64,000 bases of DNA from an uncultured Collinsella sp. (GTDB lineage Bacteria; Actinomycetota; Coriobacteriia; Coriobacteriales; Coriobacteriaceae). Below are positions 32,154-40,744 of the stretch, in pieces (the stretch's first letter is position 1; the number at the start of each line of letters is the position of its first letter). The notes beneath the pieces were generated by a model, which was not told the DNA's origin, searched no databases, and saw only the letters and a program-made list of their open reading frames with translations. The stretch lies in assembly GCA_958445895.1 (NCBI GenBank), contig CAUCTV010000004.1, positions 716 to 64,715 of the forward strand, written 5' to 3'. A program made the position numbers and the translations under genes.

Positions 32154-32297
32154 ATGATGTACGGAGTCAAGCAAGTGGATGAGCCGCGGTCGCTGGGAAG
32201 GCGCATGAGTGATTCTGTGATCGCTGCCGTGTGCACGGTATTGATGGCGGTGCTTTGCATTGGGATGCTGTGGACCATGTCGCATGTGGGACAATAA
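32154..32297 (+). CDS. Small (47 aa) single-TM protein, absent from the ORF track
   Basis: AAGGAGGAG RBS; MMYGVKQVDEPRSLGRRMSDSVIAAVCTVLMAVLCIGMLWTMSHVGQ*. Confidence 0.6.
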   Translation: MMYGVKQVDEPRSLGRRMSDSVIAAVCTVLMAVLCIGMLWTMSHVGQ

Positions 32298-32360
32298 CGG
32301 ACGGTTGGGTGCCGACATGAATGGCGCCCATGTATTCGTTTTGTTTGCTAAGGAGTGTCC

Positions 32361-33065
32361 ATGGGCGTCGTCGATCCCTTTTCTGTTGCTCGGGCTGCTG
32401 GGCTCGAGCTCGTGCGGACGTCCGAGGGCCTTACGCTCACCGACGGCACGATGGAGTTGCGTGCCGATTTTGGCCGCATGCTTCCACGGCTCAAGCAGGG
32501 TCGTCTGCAGCAAGAGCTGTTGGTAAAGGCTGCGCGCACAAAAGGCATCGAACAACCATGGGCGATTGACGCCACGGCAGGCTTTGGCGAGGATTCGCTG
32601 CTGCTGGCGGCAGCGGGCTTTACCGTCGATCTGTATGAGCAGGATTGCGTGATCGCGGCGCTGCTCCAGGATGCCCTGGATCGCGCGGCAGATGATTCGG
32701 CGCTTGCGGCCGCCGTGGCGCGCATGCACTTACATGCGGGCGAGGACAGCATTGCCGGCCTTCGCCATACGGCTGAGCTGGTCGAGCGCGATGAGCTCGC
32801 GGCTCCCGACGTGGTGTATCTGGACCCCATGTTTCCTGAGCGCACCAAGAGCGCGGCGGTCAAAAAGAAGTTCCAGCTCTTGCACCATCTGGAACAGCCG
32901 TGTGCCGATGAGGAGACGCTGGTTAAAACTGCGCTTGCAGTGCGGCCGCGCAAGGTCGTTATCAAACGGCCGGTGAAGGGCCCATTGCTTGCCGGCGTTA
33001 AGCCGAGCTATCAGCTTGCGGGCAAGGCCGTCCGCTACGATGTTTTGGTGCCGCCGCGCCCGTAG
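32361..33065 (+). CDS. rsmJ: 16S rRNA m2G1516 methyltransferase, RsmJ-like
   Basis: IDATAGFGEDS, DVVYLDPMFP, SAAVKK, KVVIKRP, GKAVRYD; AAGGAG RBS favours ATG at 32361. Confidence 0.85.
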   Translation: MGVVDPFSVARAAGLELVRTSEGLTLTDGTMELRADFGRMLPRLKQGRLQQELLVKAARTKGIEQPWAIDATAGFGEDSLLLAAAGFTVDLYEQDCVIAALLQDALDRAADDSALAAAVARMHLHAGEDSIAGLRHTAELVERDELAAPDVVYLDPMFPERTKSAAVKKKFQLLHHLEQPCADEETLVKTALAVRPRKVVIKRPVKGPLLAGVKPSYQLAGKAVRYDVLVPPRP

Positions 33066-33132
33066 CCTGCGCGTGATGGCCGGCGATGTGTCGGTGCCGT
33101 GCCGCTGCGTGAGCGCCGCTCCGTTGCGGAGC

Positions 33133-33429
33133 CTATTTCCAAGGATGCGACGTCAGATGCCACCCGCCGCAGTATTCGCATTTGTAGCAGGCCAAACCAC
33201 GCCGTCCACGGTTTTCGCAGTCGGCCATAACGGCCTCGGCCTCGGCGCGTGTGTCGTAGCGGTTTTTGCGCTCGCACGATTTGTAGCGCCAAGCCTCATC
33301 GCGCTCGGCGTCCAGGGCATCGCGGCGCTCGTCCTCGCGCGCAAACAGGTCGCTCATATCGCCGCCGGTGGCAGCGCCCAAAAACTCGCTTTTGGCCTTT
33401 GACCAGGCGGCTCGCTTTTTGCTTCCCAT
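33133..33429 (-). CDS. Small hypothetical protein with putative zinc-binding motif
   Basis: AAGGAG RBS; C..K.RY.T..EA...YKCEYCGGWHLTS. Confidence 0.75.
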   Translation of the reverse strand: MGSKKRAAWSKAKSEFLGAATGGDMSDLFAREDERRDALDAERDEAWRYKSCERKNRYDTRAEAEAVMADCENRGRRGLACYKCEYCGGWHLTSHPWK

Positions 33430-33502
33430 CCGCTCCTTGCCCTTTCCAAACGCTGGTATCATTGCTCAATCAAAGTGATACCAATAAACGTGAGGTCGCC
33501 GC

Positions 33503-33994
33503 GTGATGATCAGAAAAACCCTCGAGACCGACATTCCCGCCGTCATGGCTATCTATGATGCCGCCCGCGCCTTTATGCGCGCGCATGGCAACGCCACGCA
33601 GTGGCCCGAGGGCACGCCTTCGGCCGAGCAGCTGGCTGCCGATATCGCCGCCGGTGGCAGCTATGTGTGCGAAGTCGACGGTCGCGTGGTGGCGACGTTT
33701 GCCTTTTTGCCGGGCCCGGACGAGTGCTATGACGTCATCGAGGACGGTCAGTGGCGCAGCGACACTCCGTACGCCGTGCTGCACCGCGTGGCGTCCGACG
33801 GCACCGTGCACGGTATCGCGGCCGCGATGTTTGCCTTTGCCAAGGAGCGTGCCGACCATCTGCGTATCGATACGCACGCGGACAACCTGCCCATGCAGGG
33901 TGCGAGCCTCAAGGCAGGGTTCGAGCGCGCCGGCGTCGTGTATGTGTCCGACGGCACGCCGCGCGTTGCGTTCGACTGGCTGCGCGAGGCATAA
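33503..33994 (+). CDS. GNAT-family N-acetyltransferase
   Basis: QW..G.P, VLHRVAS, LRIDTHADNLPMQ...K.GF...G. Confidence 0.88.
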   Translation: MMIRKTLETDIPAVMAIYDAARAFMRAHGNATQWPEGTPSAEQLAADIAAGGSYVCEVDGRVVATFAFLPGPDECYDVIEDGQWRSDTPYAVLHRVASDGTVHGIAAAMFAFAKERADHLRIDTHADNLPMQGASLKAGFERAGVVYVSDGTPRVAFDWLREA

Positions 33995-34028
33995 GGGCCG
34001 AGTCACATACCAGCGTTTCATCGAAATG

Positions 34029-34055
34029 AAAATGGCCCCGCGTGGGGCCATTTTT
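34029..34055. terminator. Intrinsic terminator
   Basis: AAAATGGCCCC-GCGT-GGGGCCATTTTT. Confidence 0.8.
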
Positions 34056-34298
34056 GGTAAAACGCGTCGTTGTGGGACTCGCATTGTTACCGCCTCAGAT
34101 GAGACCGGGCAGACAAAAGGGGAGGTGCCGGCTTTCGTAAGGCGCGAACCTACGAAAATCGCCGCGCGGCAACGCAGGGCGATGAGCTTGGTCGGGGGAT
34201 AGGGCCCGCTTCGCCCGCCGGCCCGTAAATTGTATCATCCAGTGTGGAACGAGGATGCCCGTTGCCGAGTGCGACGGGCTTGCAATAAGAGGAGAGCC

Positions 34299-36302
34299 AT
34301 GTCGAAGCAAGCGGTCGTTGGAATCTTGGCGCATGTCGATGCCGGCAAGACCACACTGGCCGAGGCCATGCTGTTCTGCGCGGGTCGCATTCGCAAGCGC
34401 GGCCGCGTGGACGATGGCGACTCGCACCTGGATACCAACGCCATCGAGCGCGAGCGCGGCATCACGATTTTCTCGTCGCAGGCCGTGTTCGACCACGGTG
34501 ATACCCGCGTCATGCTCGTGGACGCTCCCGGACACGTGGATTTTTCGGCCGAGGCAGAGCGCACGTTGCGTGCGCTCGACTACGCGATTTTGGTGGTAGG
34601 TGCCAACGACGGCGTGCAGGGGCACACCGAAACCCTGTGGCGCCTGCTTGCGCGCTATGACATTCCGACGTTCATCTATATCAACAAAATCGATTTGGAG
34701 AATCCCGGCCGCGATGTTTTGCTGGCACAACTTGGGCAGCGTCTTTCCGAGGGCTGCCTCGATGCGAACGAACTGCTGGCGGGCGGCGCCGCTTGGGAGG
34801 ACGCTGCCGCGTTGGACGAGGCAGCCCTCGAGGAGTTTCTTGAGACGGGTGAGCTTTCCGTTGCAACGCTTTCGCGCATGGTTGCCGAGCGCAGGCTCTT
34901 TCCCTGCTTTGCCGGCTCGGCGCTCAAGGATCAGGGCGTGGGCGAGCTGCTGGATGGTATGTGCACGCTGATGCGTGAGCAGGCGTGGCCGCCGGAGTTC
35001 GCCGCGCGTGTCTATCGTGTCAGCCGCGGTGTTCGTGGCGAGCGCTTGGCTTGGGTTAAAGTGACCGGCGGCACACTGCATGCCAAACAGATGATTGACG
35101 GGCGTTCCGGCGCCGAGGCATGGGAGCAAAAGGTCGATCAGGTGCGCATCTATAACGGAGAGAAGTACGAGCTTGCCCAGGAAGTTGCCGCTGGCGGTAT
35201 TTGTGCCGTGACGGGTCTTGCGCACGTTCGCCCGGGGGATGCCTTGGGTGCGGAGCCCGGGTGCGATGCGCCCGTCATTGCGCCGGTCCTCACCTATACG
35301 GTGCTCCCGGGCGAACATGATGTCCATGCGGTGTTTAAAGCGCTGGCTGAGCTGACGGACGAAGACCCCATGCTCGGCGTAAGCTGGAATACGCATCTTG
35401 AGCAGATTCACTTGCAGTTGATGGGCGCCGTGCAACTCGAGGTCGTGCAGCGGGTGTTGGCCGATCGCTTTGACCTTTCGATTGAGTTTGAGCCCGGCGG
35501 CATTCTCTATAAGGAGACTATTTCGCGGCCGGTCGAGGGCGTGGGCCACTTTGAGCCGCTGCGCCACTATGCCGAGGTGCATCTGCGCCTGGAGCCGTTG
35601 CCGGCGGGTTCGGGTGTGCAGTTTGGCACCGTGACCTCGGCCGACGAGCTCGATCTTAACTGGCAGCGTTTGGCACTCACCAACGCTATGGAGCGCGACC
35701 ACCTGGGCGTGCTGACGGGCTCGCCCATCACCGATGTGCGCATTACGCTCGCGGGCGGCCGCGCGCATGCCAAACACACCGAGGGCGGCGATTTTCGCCA
35801 GGCCACGTACCGCGCGATTCGCCAGGGTTTGATGCAGGCGCGCGAGGCCGGCGCGGCGGTGTTGTTGGAGCCGTGGTATCGCTTTGAGCTCGAGGTGCCG
35901 GGGGAGTGCGTGGGCCGGGCGCTCTCGGATGCCACGCGCATGAGTGCCGAGTACGAGCCGCCGACGATGGCGGGAGACCGGGCGAAGCTTGTGGGTCGCG
36001 TTCCGGCATCCGAGGTGCAAGATTATGCGCTGGAGGTGGCTGCCTACACGAGCGGTCGCGGGCATCTGTACCTGGAGTTCGCCGGTTATGCGGCTTGCCA
36101 TGATGGCGAGCGCGTAATCGAGGCTGCCGCCTACGAGCCCGAGGCCGATCTGCCCAACACGCCCGACTCGGTCTTTTGCGCCCACGGCGCCGGCTACACG
36201 GTCAAATGGTACGACGCACCCGCTGCGGCGCACGTAAAGGTCGATCCCGCCACCTTCCGCCCCTGGCGAGCAGCAGACGCCGAGTTTTTCGGCCACATGT
36301 GA
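34299..36302 (+). CDS. EF-G/TetM-like translational GTPase (neither canonical EF-G nor a ribosome-protection protein)
   Basis: GILAHVDAGKTT, ERERGITI, DAPGHVDF, NKID, YKETI, LLEPWY; domain-IV loop AHAKHTEGGDFRQAT; AGAGGAG RBS. Confidence 0.88.
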   Translation: MSKQAVVGILAHVDAGKTTLAEAMLFCAGRIRKRGRVDDGDSHLDTNAIERERGITIFSSQAVFDHGDTRVMLVDAPGHVDFSAEAERTLRALDYAILVVGANDGVQGHTETLWRLLARYDIPTFIYINKIDLENPGRDVLLAQLGQRLSEGCLDANELLAGGAAWEDAAALDEAALEEFLETGELSVATLSRMVAERRLFPCFAGSALKDQGVGELLDGMCTLMREQAWPPEFAARVYRVSRGVRGERLAWVKVTGGTLHAKQMIDGRSGAEAWEQKVDQVRIYNGEKYELAQEVAAGGICAVTGLAHVRPGDALGAEPGCDAPVIAPVLTYTVLPGEHDVHAVFKALAELTDEDPMLGVSWNTHLEQIHLQLMGAVQLEVVQRVLADRFDLSIEFEPGGILYKETISRPVEGVGHFEPLRHYAEVHLRLEPLPAGSGVQFGTVTSADELDLNWQRLALTNAMERDHLGVLTGSPITDVRITLAGGRAHAKHTEGGDFRQATYRAIRQGLMQAREAGAAVLLEPWYRFELEVPGECVGRALSDATRMSAEYEPPTMAGDRAKLVGRVPASEVQDYALEVAAYTSGRGHLYLEFAGYAACHDGERVIEAAAYEPEADLPNTPDSVFCAHGAGYTVKWYDAPAAAHVKVDPATFRPWRAADAEFFGHM

Positions 36303-36328
36303 CAAAGGGGCAGTTCCTTTGTCACATG
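36296..36328. repeat. Palindrome CATGTGACAAAGG-N7-CCTTTGTCACATG (copy 1)
   Basis: Perfect 13-bp stem; contains the GTPase stop TGA at 36300-36302. Confidence 0.85.
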
Positions 36329-36330
36329 CT

Positions 36331-36360
36331 ATTGGTATAACTCGGTATAAGTTGGTATAA
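36331..36360 (+). repeat. Three tandem 10-mers NTYGGTATAA in a promoter region
   Basis: ATTGGTATAA CTCGGTATAA GTTGGTATAA. Confidence 0.75.
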
Positions 36361-36395
36361 CTGTTACCAGGGTTTGCCAATCCGAGGAGGCCGAT

Positions 36396-37514
36396 ATGAA
36401 TCCAAATCCCTTTAAGCCCACAGCTGGTAAGCGGCCTCCGATACTCATCGGTCGCGAGTCGGTCATCGAAGATTTTGAGGAAGGGCTCGATAACGGCGCC
36501 GGAGCGCCGGGCAGGCTCATGCTCATTACGGGAAACCGCGGCTATGGCAAAACGGTTCTCCTGCGGGAGCTGCAACGTCTAGCCAGCGAGCGCGGATGGG
36601 CGGTTGTCTCCGATTCCGCTTCGCTTGGTTTGTGCGACCGCTTGGCCGACGCGCTTCGCTCGAATAAACCCGTTGTGACGTCAATGGAGTTTGGGCCGTC
36701 GTTTGGCCGGATGTCGGTCGAGGCGGCGCGGGCAAAAGGCGAGACATTGCGAGGGCTGGTCAACGAGCGTCTCAAGAAGCTCGGTCCGGGCAAGGGCGTC
36801 TTGTTTGCGATTGACGAGGCACAATCGGTGTCTATCGAGGAACTGGCGGCTCTTGCCGTCCTCTATCAGCAGGTGCTCGGAGACCAGGATGCCACGGGCT
36901 TGCCCGATAGCGACCAGCGCGGTCTTGCGCTGGCGTTCGCCGGCTTGCCCAGTATGGTTGACGATCTGCTCGAAGAGCCGAGCGTGACGTTTTTGCGGCG
37001 TGCCCAGCAGCGTACGTTGGGGGCAATATCTTTGCCCAAAGTGCGCGATTCGTATATCCAGACGGTCAAAGACGCTGGTCTTTACGTTGACGCGGAGACG
37101 GCGGACCTTGCGGCGCGCAAGAGCATGGGGCATCCCTATATGGTTCAGCTGGTGGGCTATTACATGTGGCGGTCTGCTGTCCGGCGTGGCTCGCAGGTCA
37201 TCGAAAGGCGCGATGTCGAGAATGGCCATGCGGATGCCGTCTCCGAGTTCTACGAAGCGGTTGACGCACCTCTGTATTACGGTCTGCGCAGCCCTCAGCG
37301 CCTCTTTATCGAGGCTATGGCGGTTGACGAGGACAAGCCGACGCGCACGGCGGATATCATTGAGCGCTGCGACCGTACCCAGAGCTGGGCGAGTAAATAT
37401 CGCGCAAGCCTGATTCGCGAGCGCGTCATCGAGGCCGCCGGATACGGCCTTGTGCGGTTTACCGTGCCCATGCTGGGCGAGTATATCCGCGACCGCGTTT
37501 TATGGCATGAGTAG
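36396..37514 (+). CDS. AAA-type P-loop ATPase (AAA_16/22-like) with probable C-terminal winged helix
   Basis: NPFKP.AG..PP.LIGRE, Walker A GNRGYGKT, Walker B FAIDEAQ, GHPYMVQLVG, YRASLI...VI....G...F.VP. Confidence 0.85.
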   Translation: MNPNPFKPTAGKRPPILIGRESVIEDFEEGLDNGAGAPGRLMLITGNRGYGKTVLLRELQRLASERGWAVVSDSASLGLCDRLADALRSNKPVVTSMEFGPSFGRMSVEAARAKGETLRGLVNERLKKLGPGKGVLFAIDEAQSVSIEELAALAVLYQQVLGDQDATGLPDSDQRGLALAFAGLPSMVDDLLEEPSVTFLRRAQQRTLGAISLPKVRDSYIQTVKDAGLYVDAETADLAARKSMGHPYMVQLVGYYMWRSAVRRGSQVIERRDVENGHADAVSEFYEAVDAPLYYGLRSPQRLFIEAMAVDEDKPTRTADIIERCDRTQSWASKYRASLIRERVIEAAGYGLVRFTVPMLGEYIRDRVLWHE

Positions 37515-40020
37515 GGTGATAAAGGTGACGGAACAGAAGATGAGCCCGCAGGCTATCGAGGTGCGCGGTGCACGTGTCCACAATCTCAAGGACATCGATA
37601 TCGATATTCCGCTGGGGAGGCTCGTGGGCATTGCCGGCGTGTCGGGCTCGGGCAAGAGCTCGCTGGCGCTGGGAGTTCTTTATGCCGAGGGCTCGCGCCG
37701 TTACCTGGAGGCGCTCAGCACCTATACTCGACGTCGCCTGACGCAGGCCGAGCACGCCCAGGTGGACGAGGTATTGCACGTACCGGCGGCACTCGCGTTG
37801 CATCAGCGTCCCAGTGTGCCAGGCGTGCGCTCGACCTTTGGTACCATGACCGAGCTCAACAACAGTCTGCGTTTGCTCTTTAGCCGCTGTGCCCATCACG
37901 TGTGCCCACATTGCGGGGCGCGTGTGGAGCCGAGCCTTAACGTGGCTGCGGGCCTGTCGCTCACGTGCCCCGCATGCGGCCGCGAGTTCTACGCGCCGAG
38001 TGCCGAGGACCTTGCCTTTAACAGCGGCGGTGCGTGCCCTACCTGCGGCGGCACCGGTGTCATGCGCGAGGTGGACGAAGCGAGCCTGGTGCCCGACGAG
38101 TCAAAGACCATCAACGAAGGCGCGGTGCTTCCCTGGGGTACGCTCATGTGGGATCTGATGAAGCAGGTAGCCGGCGAGATGGGCGTGCGCACCGACGTGC
38201 CGTTTAACCAGCTCACGCCCGCCGAGCGCGACATTGTGTTCCACGGTCCGGCGGTTAAGAAGCACATTCTCTACGTTCCCAAAAAAGGCGAGGGCGCCAC
38301 GCCGCTCGACTTCACCTATTACAATGCCGTCTATACGGTCGAGAATGCGCTCGCCAAGGTTAAGGACGATAAGGGACTTAAGCGCGTGGCTCGCTTTTTG
38401 CGCGAGGGCCCGTGCCGTGACTGCGGCGGCACGCGTCTCTCCGAGGCTGCGCGCCAGCCCCAGGTGCGTGGTATCAATCTGGCGCAGGCCGCGGCCATGA
38501 CGCTGGGTGAGGCGATTGAGTGGGCGCGCGGGGTGCCCGCATCCTTGCCGGCCGAGATGCAGCCCATGGCGACGGATATCTGCGATTCGTTTTTGAGCGC
38601 GGCTCGTCGCCTGGTCGACCTGGGGCTCGATTACCTCTCGCTCGACCGCGCCGGTGCTACGCTCTCCACGGGTGAGCGCCAGCGCGTGCAGCTTGCCCGC
38701 GTGGTGCGCAACCGCTCGACGGGCGTGCTGTATGTGCTCGACGAGCCCTCGATCGGCTTGCATCCTGCCAATGTTGACGGCTTGGTAGGCGTAATGCGCG
38801 ATCTGGTGGATGACGGCAACACCGTGGTCGTTGTCGACCACGACACGCGCGTATTGGCGGAAGCCGATTATCTGGTCGAGATGGGCCCCGTTGCCGGAGC
38901 GGGCGGCGGTAATGTGATCGCCGCCGGTACGGTGGATGAGGTCGAGCAATCGCAGGACAGCCGCATCGCCCCGTTTTTGCGCTCGGAGCCCAAGCGCTTG
39001 CGGCCGCAGGTGGCTGACGACGAAATGTTCGACCAGGGCCATATCCGCATGGCGACCGATGCCATCCATACCGTCAAACCGCTCGAAGTCGATATACCGC
39101 GCGGTCGTCTCGTCGCGGTGACGGGCGTTTCGGGTTCGGGTAAGACGACGTTGGTGCTCGAGACGCTCATCCCGGCGCTCAAGGCTCAGGCAACTGGCGA
39201 GCGCCTGCCAAGCCATGTGCGCTGGATCGATGCCGAGGGCATCGCACGCGCCAACCTGATTGACGCTACGCCCATCGGCGCCAACGTGCGCTCGACGGTG
39301 GCGACTTATGCCGACATCCATGACGAGCTGCGTCGCGCCTTCGCCCGTACGCCCGAGGCCAAGGCAGCTGGCTACAAGGCGGGCGCATTTAGCTACAACA
39401 CCGGCGCCTTGCGCTGCCCTACGTGCGATGGCACGGGTTCGATATCGCTCGACGTGCAATTTTTGCCCGATGTCGAGATCGTCTGCCCGTCATGTCGCGG
39501 CTCACGCTATGCAGACGCGGCCTCGCATATCCATCGCGAGGGCAAGGACGGGAGCCTGCTTACGTTGCCGCAGCTCATGGACATAAGTGTGGACGAGGCC
39601 CTCGACGCTACGGTGGGGCTCAAGAAAGTTCAGGCGCGCTTACAGACCCTGCACGACCTGGGCTTGGGTTATCTCACGCTCGGCGAGCCCACGCCGGCGC
39701 TTTCGGGCGGCGAGGCGCAGCGCCTTAAGCTCGCGAGCGAGATGGGCCGCGTGCAGGATGATGCCGTATTCGTGTTCGACGAACCCACAATTGGCCTGCA
39801 CCCGCTCGATGTTCAGGTGCTGCTGAGTGTGTTCGACGGCCTCGTTGCCAAGGGCGCCACAGTCGTCGTAATCGAGCACGACCTCGACCTTATCCGTAAC
39901 GCCGATTACGCAATCGACATGGGCCCAGGTGGTGGCGACGCAGGCGGGCAAATCGTCTGCGTCGGCACGCCGGGCGACATCGTGGCATGCCCCGCAAGCA
40001 TCACCGGCCGCTACCTATAA
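37507..40020 (+). CDS. UvrA-like ABC ATPase, class II (UvrA2/DrrC-like)
   Basis: GARVHNLK, two GVSGSGK Walker A motifs, CxxC zinc fingers, LSTGERQR and LSGGEAQR, DEPSIGLH/DEPTIGLH; appears to lack the UvrB-binding insert; start 37507 or 37540. Confidence 0.9.
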   Translation: MSRVIKVTEQKMSPQAIEVRGARVHNLKDIDIDIPLGRLVGIAGVSGSGKSSLALGVLYAEGSRRYLEALSTYTRRRLTQAEHAQVDEVLHVPAALALHQRPSVPGVRSTFGTMTELNNSLRLLFSRCAHHVCPHCGARVEPSLNVAAGLSLTCPACGREFYAPSAEDLAFNSGGACPTCGGTGVMREVDEASLVPDESKTINEGAVLPWGTLMWDLMKQVAGEMGVRTDVPFNQLTPAERDIVFHGPAVKKHILYVPKKGEGATPLDFTYYNAVYTVENALAKVKDDKGLKRVARFLREGPCRDCGGTRLSEAARQPQVRGINLAQAAAMTLGEAIEWARGVPASLPAEMQPMATDICDSFLSAARRLVDLGLDYLSLDRAGATLSTGERQRVQLARVVRNRSTGVLYVLDEPSIGLHPANVDGLVGVMRDLVDDGNTVVVVDHDTRVLAEADYLVEMGPVAGAGGGNVIAAGTVDEVEQSQDSRIAPFLRSEPKRLRPQVADDEMFDQGHIRMATDAIHTVKPLEVDIPRGRLVAVTGVSGSGKTTLVLETLIPALKAQATGERLPSHVRWIDAEGIARANLIDATPIGANVRSTVATYADIHDELRRAFARTPEAKAAGYKAGAFSYNTGALRCPTCDGTGSISLDVQFLPDVEIVCPSCRGSRYADAASHIHREGKDGSLLTLPQLMDISVDEALDATVGLKKVQARLQTLHDLGLGYLTLGEPTPALSGGEAQRLKLASEMGRVQDDAVFVFDEPTIGLHPLDVQVLLSVFDGLVAKGATVVVIEHDLDLIRNADYAIDMGPGGGDAGGQIVCVGTPGDIVACPASITGRYL

Positions 40021-40022
40021 CC

Positions 40023-40057
40023 GAATGTGACAAAGGGACCGTCCCTTTGTCACATTC
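40023..40057. repeat. Palindrome GAATGTGACAAAGGGAC-C-GTCCCTTTGTCACATTC (copy 2)
   Basis: Perfect 17-bp inverted repeat; contains the trmL stop (minus strand, 40050-40052). Confidence 0.85.
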
Positions 40058-40649
40058 CCAGAAAGCCTGTTTGGCGCAGAGCCTCGTAGAGGACGATGGC
40101 GGCGCTGTTGGAGAGGTTGAGTGCGCTGATGCGGTAGTCGTCCGGATTGACGAAGTTGCCGCAGATATCCTGTCGAAGGATGGCTTCGTGGCTGTCCTCG
40201 GTATGCCCGAGCGACTCCTCGTGGGCCTCCCAGGCGTCGGCGTTTTCGAGCGAGTCGCAATCGCGCAACATGGGGATGCGCTCGCAGCGCTCGGGCGCCG
40301 CGGCAAGCAGTGGCTCGGGAATCCCCGAGCTCTCGCTGCCAAAGACCAAAAAGTCACCGTCGCGGTAGGTACTTTGCGCATAGGTGCGGCGCGCCTTTTT
40401 GGTCAGCAGATGCAGGCGTTCGTCGGCGGGGGAGAGGCCGTTGCGCGCAAGGAAATCCTCCCAGCCGGCATAGGTCGTCACGTCCAAATTTTGCCAGTAG
40501 CCCAGGCCGGCGCGACGCACCGTCTTGTCGTCGAGCGAAAACCCCAGCGGCTCCACCAGATGCAGGCGGGCGCCGGTAACCACGCAGGTGCGGCCGATAT
40601 TGCCCGTATTGGCCGGAATCTCGGGCGCATACAGCACAATGTTGAACAT
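40050..40649 (-). CDS. trmL: tRNA (cytidine/uridine 34-2'-O)-methyltransferase with internal insertion
   Basis: NIVLY.PEIPANTGNIGR.C, LHLVEPLGF, RRAGL.YW, LVFGSES.G, RIPM...LNLSNS.AI.LYEALRQ. Confidence 0.92.
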   Translation of the reverse strand: MFNIVLYAPEIPANTGNIGRTCVVTGARLHLVEPLGFSLDDKTVRRAGLGYWQNLDVTTYAGWEDFLARNGLSPADERLHLLTKKARRTYAQSTYRDGDFLVFGSESSGIPEPLLAAAPERCERIPMLRDCDSLENADAWEAHEESLGHTEDSHEAILRQDICGNFVNPDDYRISALNLSNSAAIVLYEALRQTGFLGM

Positions 40650-40671
40650 GAATCTCCTTGGCTCAGAACGA

Positions 40672-40705
40672 AAAACCACCACGAAGGGCACCTTCGTGGT
40701 GGTTT
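40672..40705 (-). terminator. Intrinsic terminator after the CobW-like gene
   Basis: AAAAACCACCACGAAGG/CCTTCGTGGTGGTTT hairpin; T-run on the minus strand. Confidence 0.7.
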
Positions 40706-40744
40706 GGCGGTTACGTAGGCGGAAAAATGCCCGCTTGGATAAAT

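Noticed and set aside
34299..36302. Tetracycline-resistance gene (tetM/tetW/tetO)
   Set aside because: Lacks the YSPVST domain-IV loop, has host-like codon usage, and shows no leader peptide or conjugative-element context
36296..36328. TGTGA…TCACA as a CRP/FNR site
   Set aside because: Spacing is 19 nt rather than 6, and both copies sit on stop codons as long perfect stems
37507..40020. Canonical uvrA of nucleotide excision repair
   Set aside because: Shorter, appears to lack the UvrB-binding insertion, and no SOS box or uvrB/uvrC nearby; better described as class II
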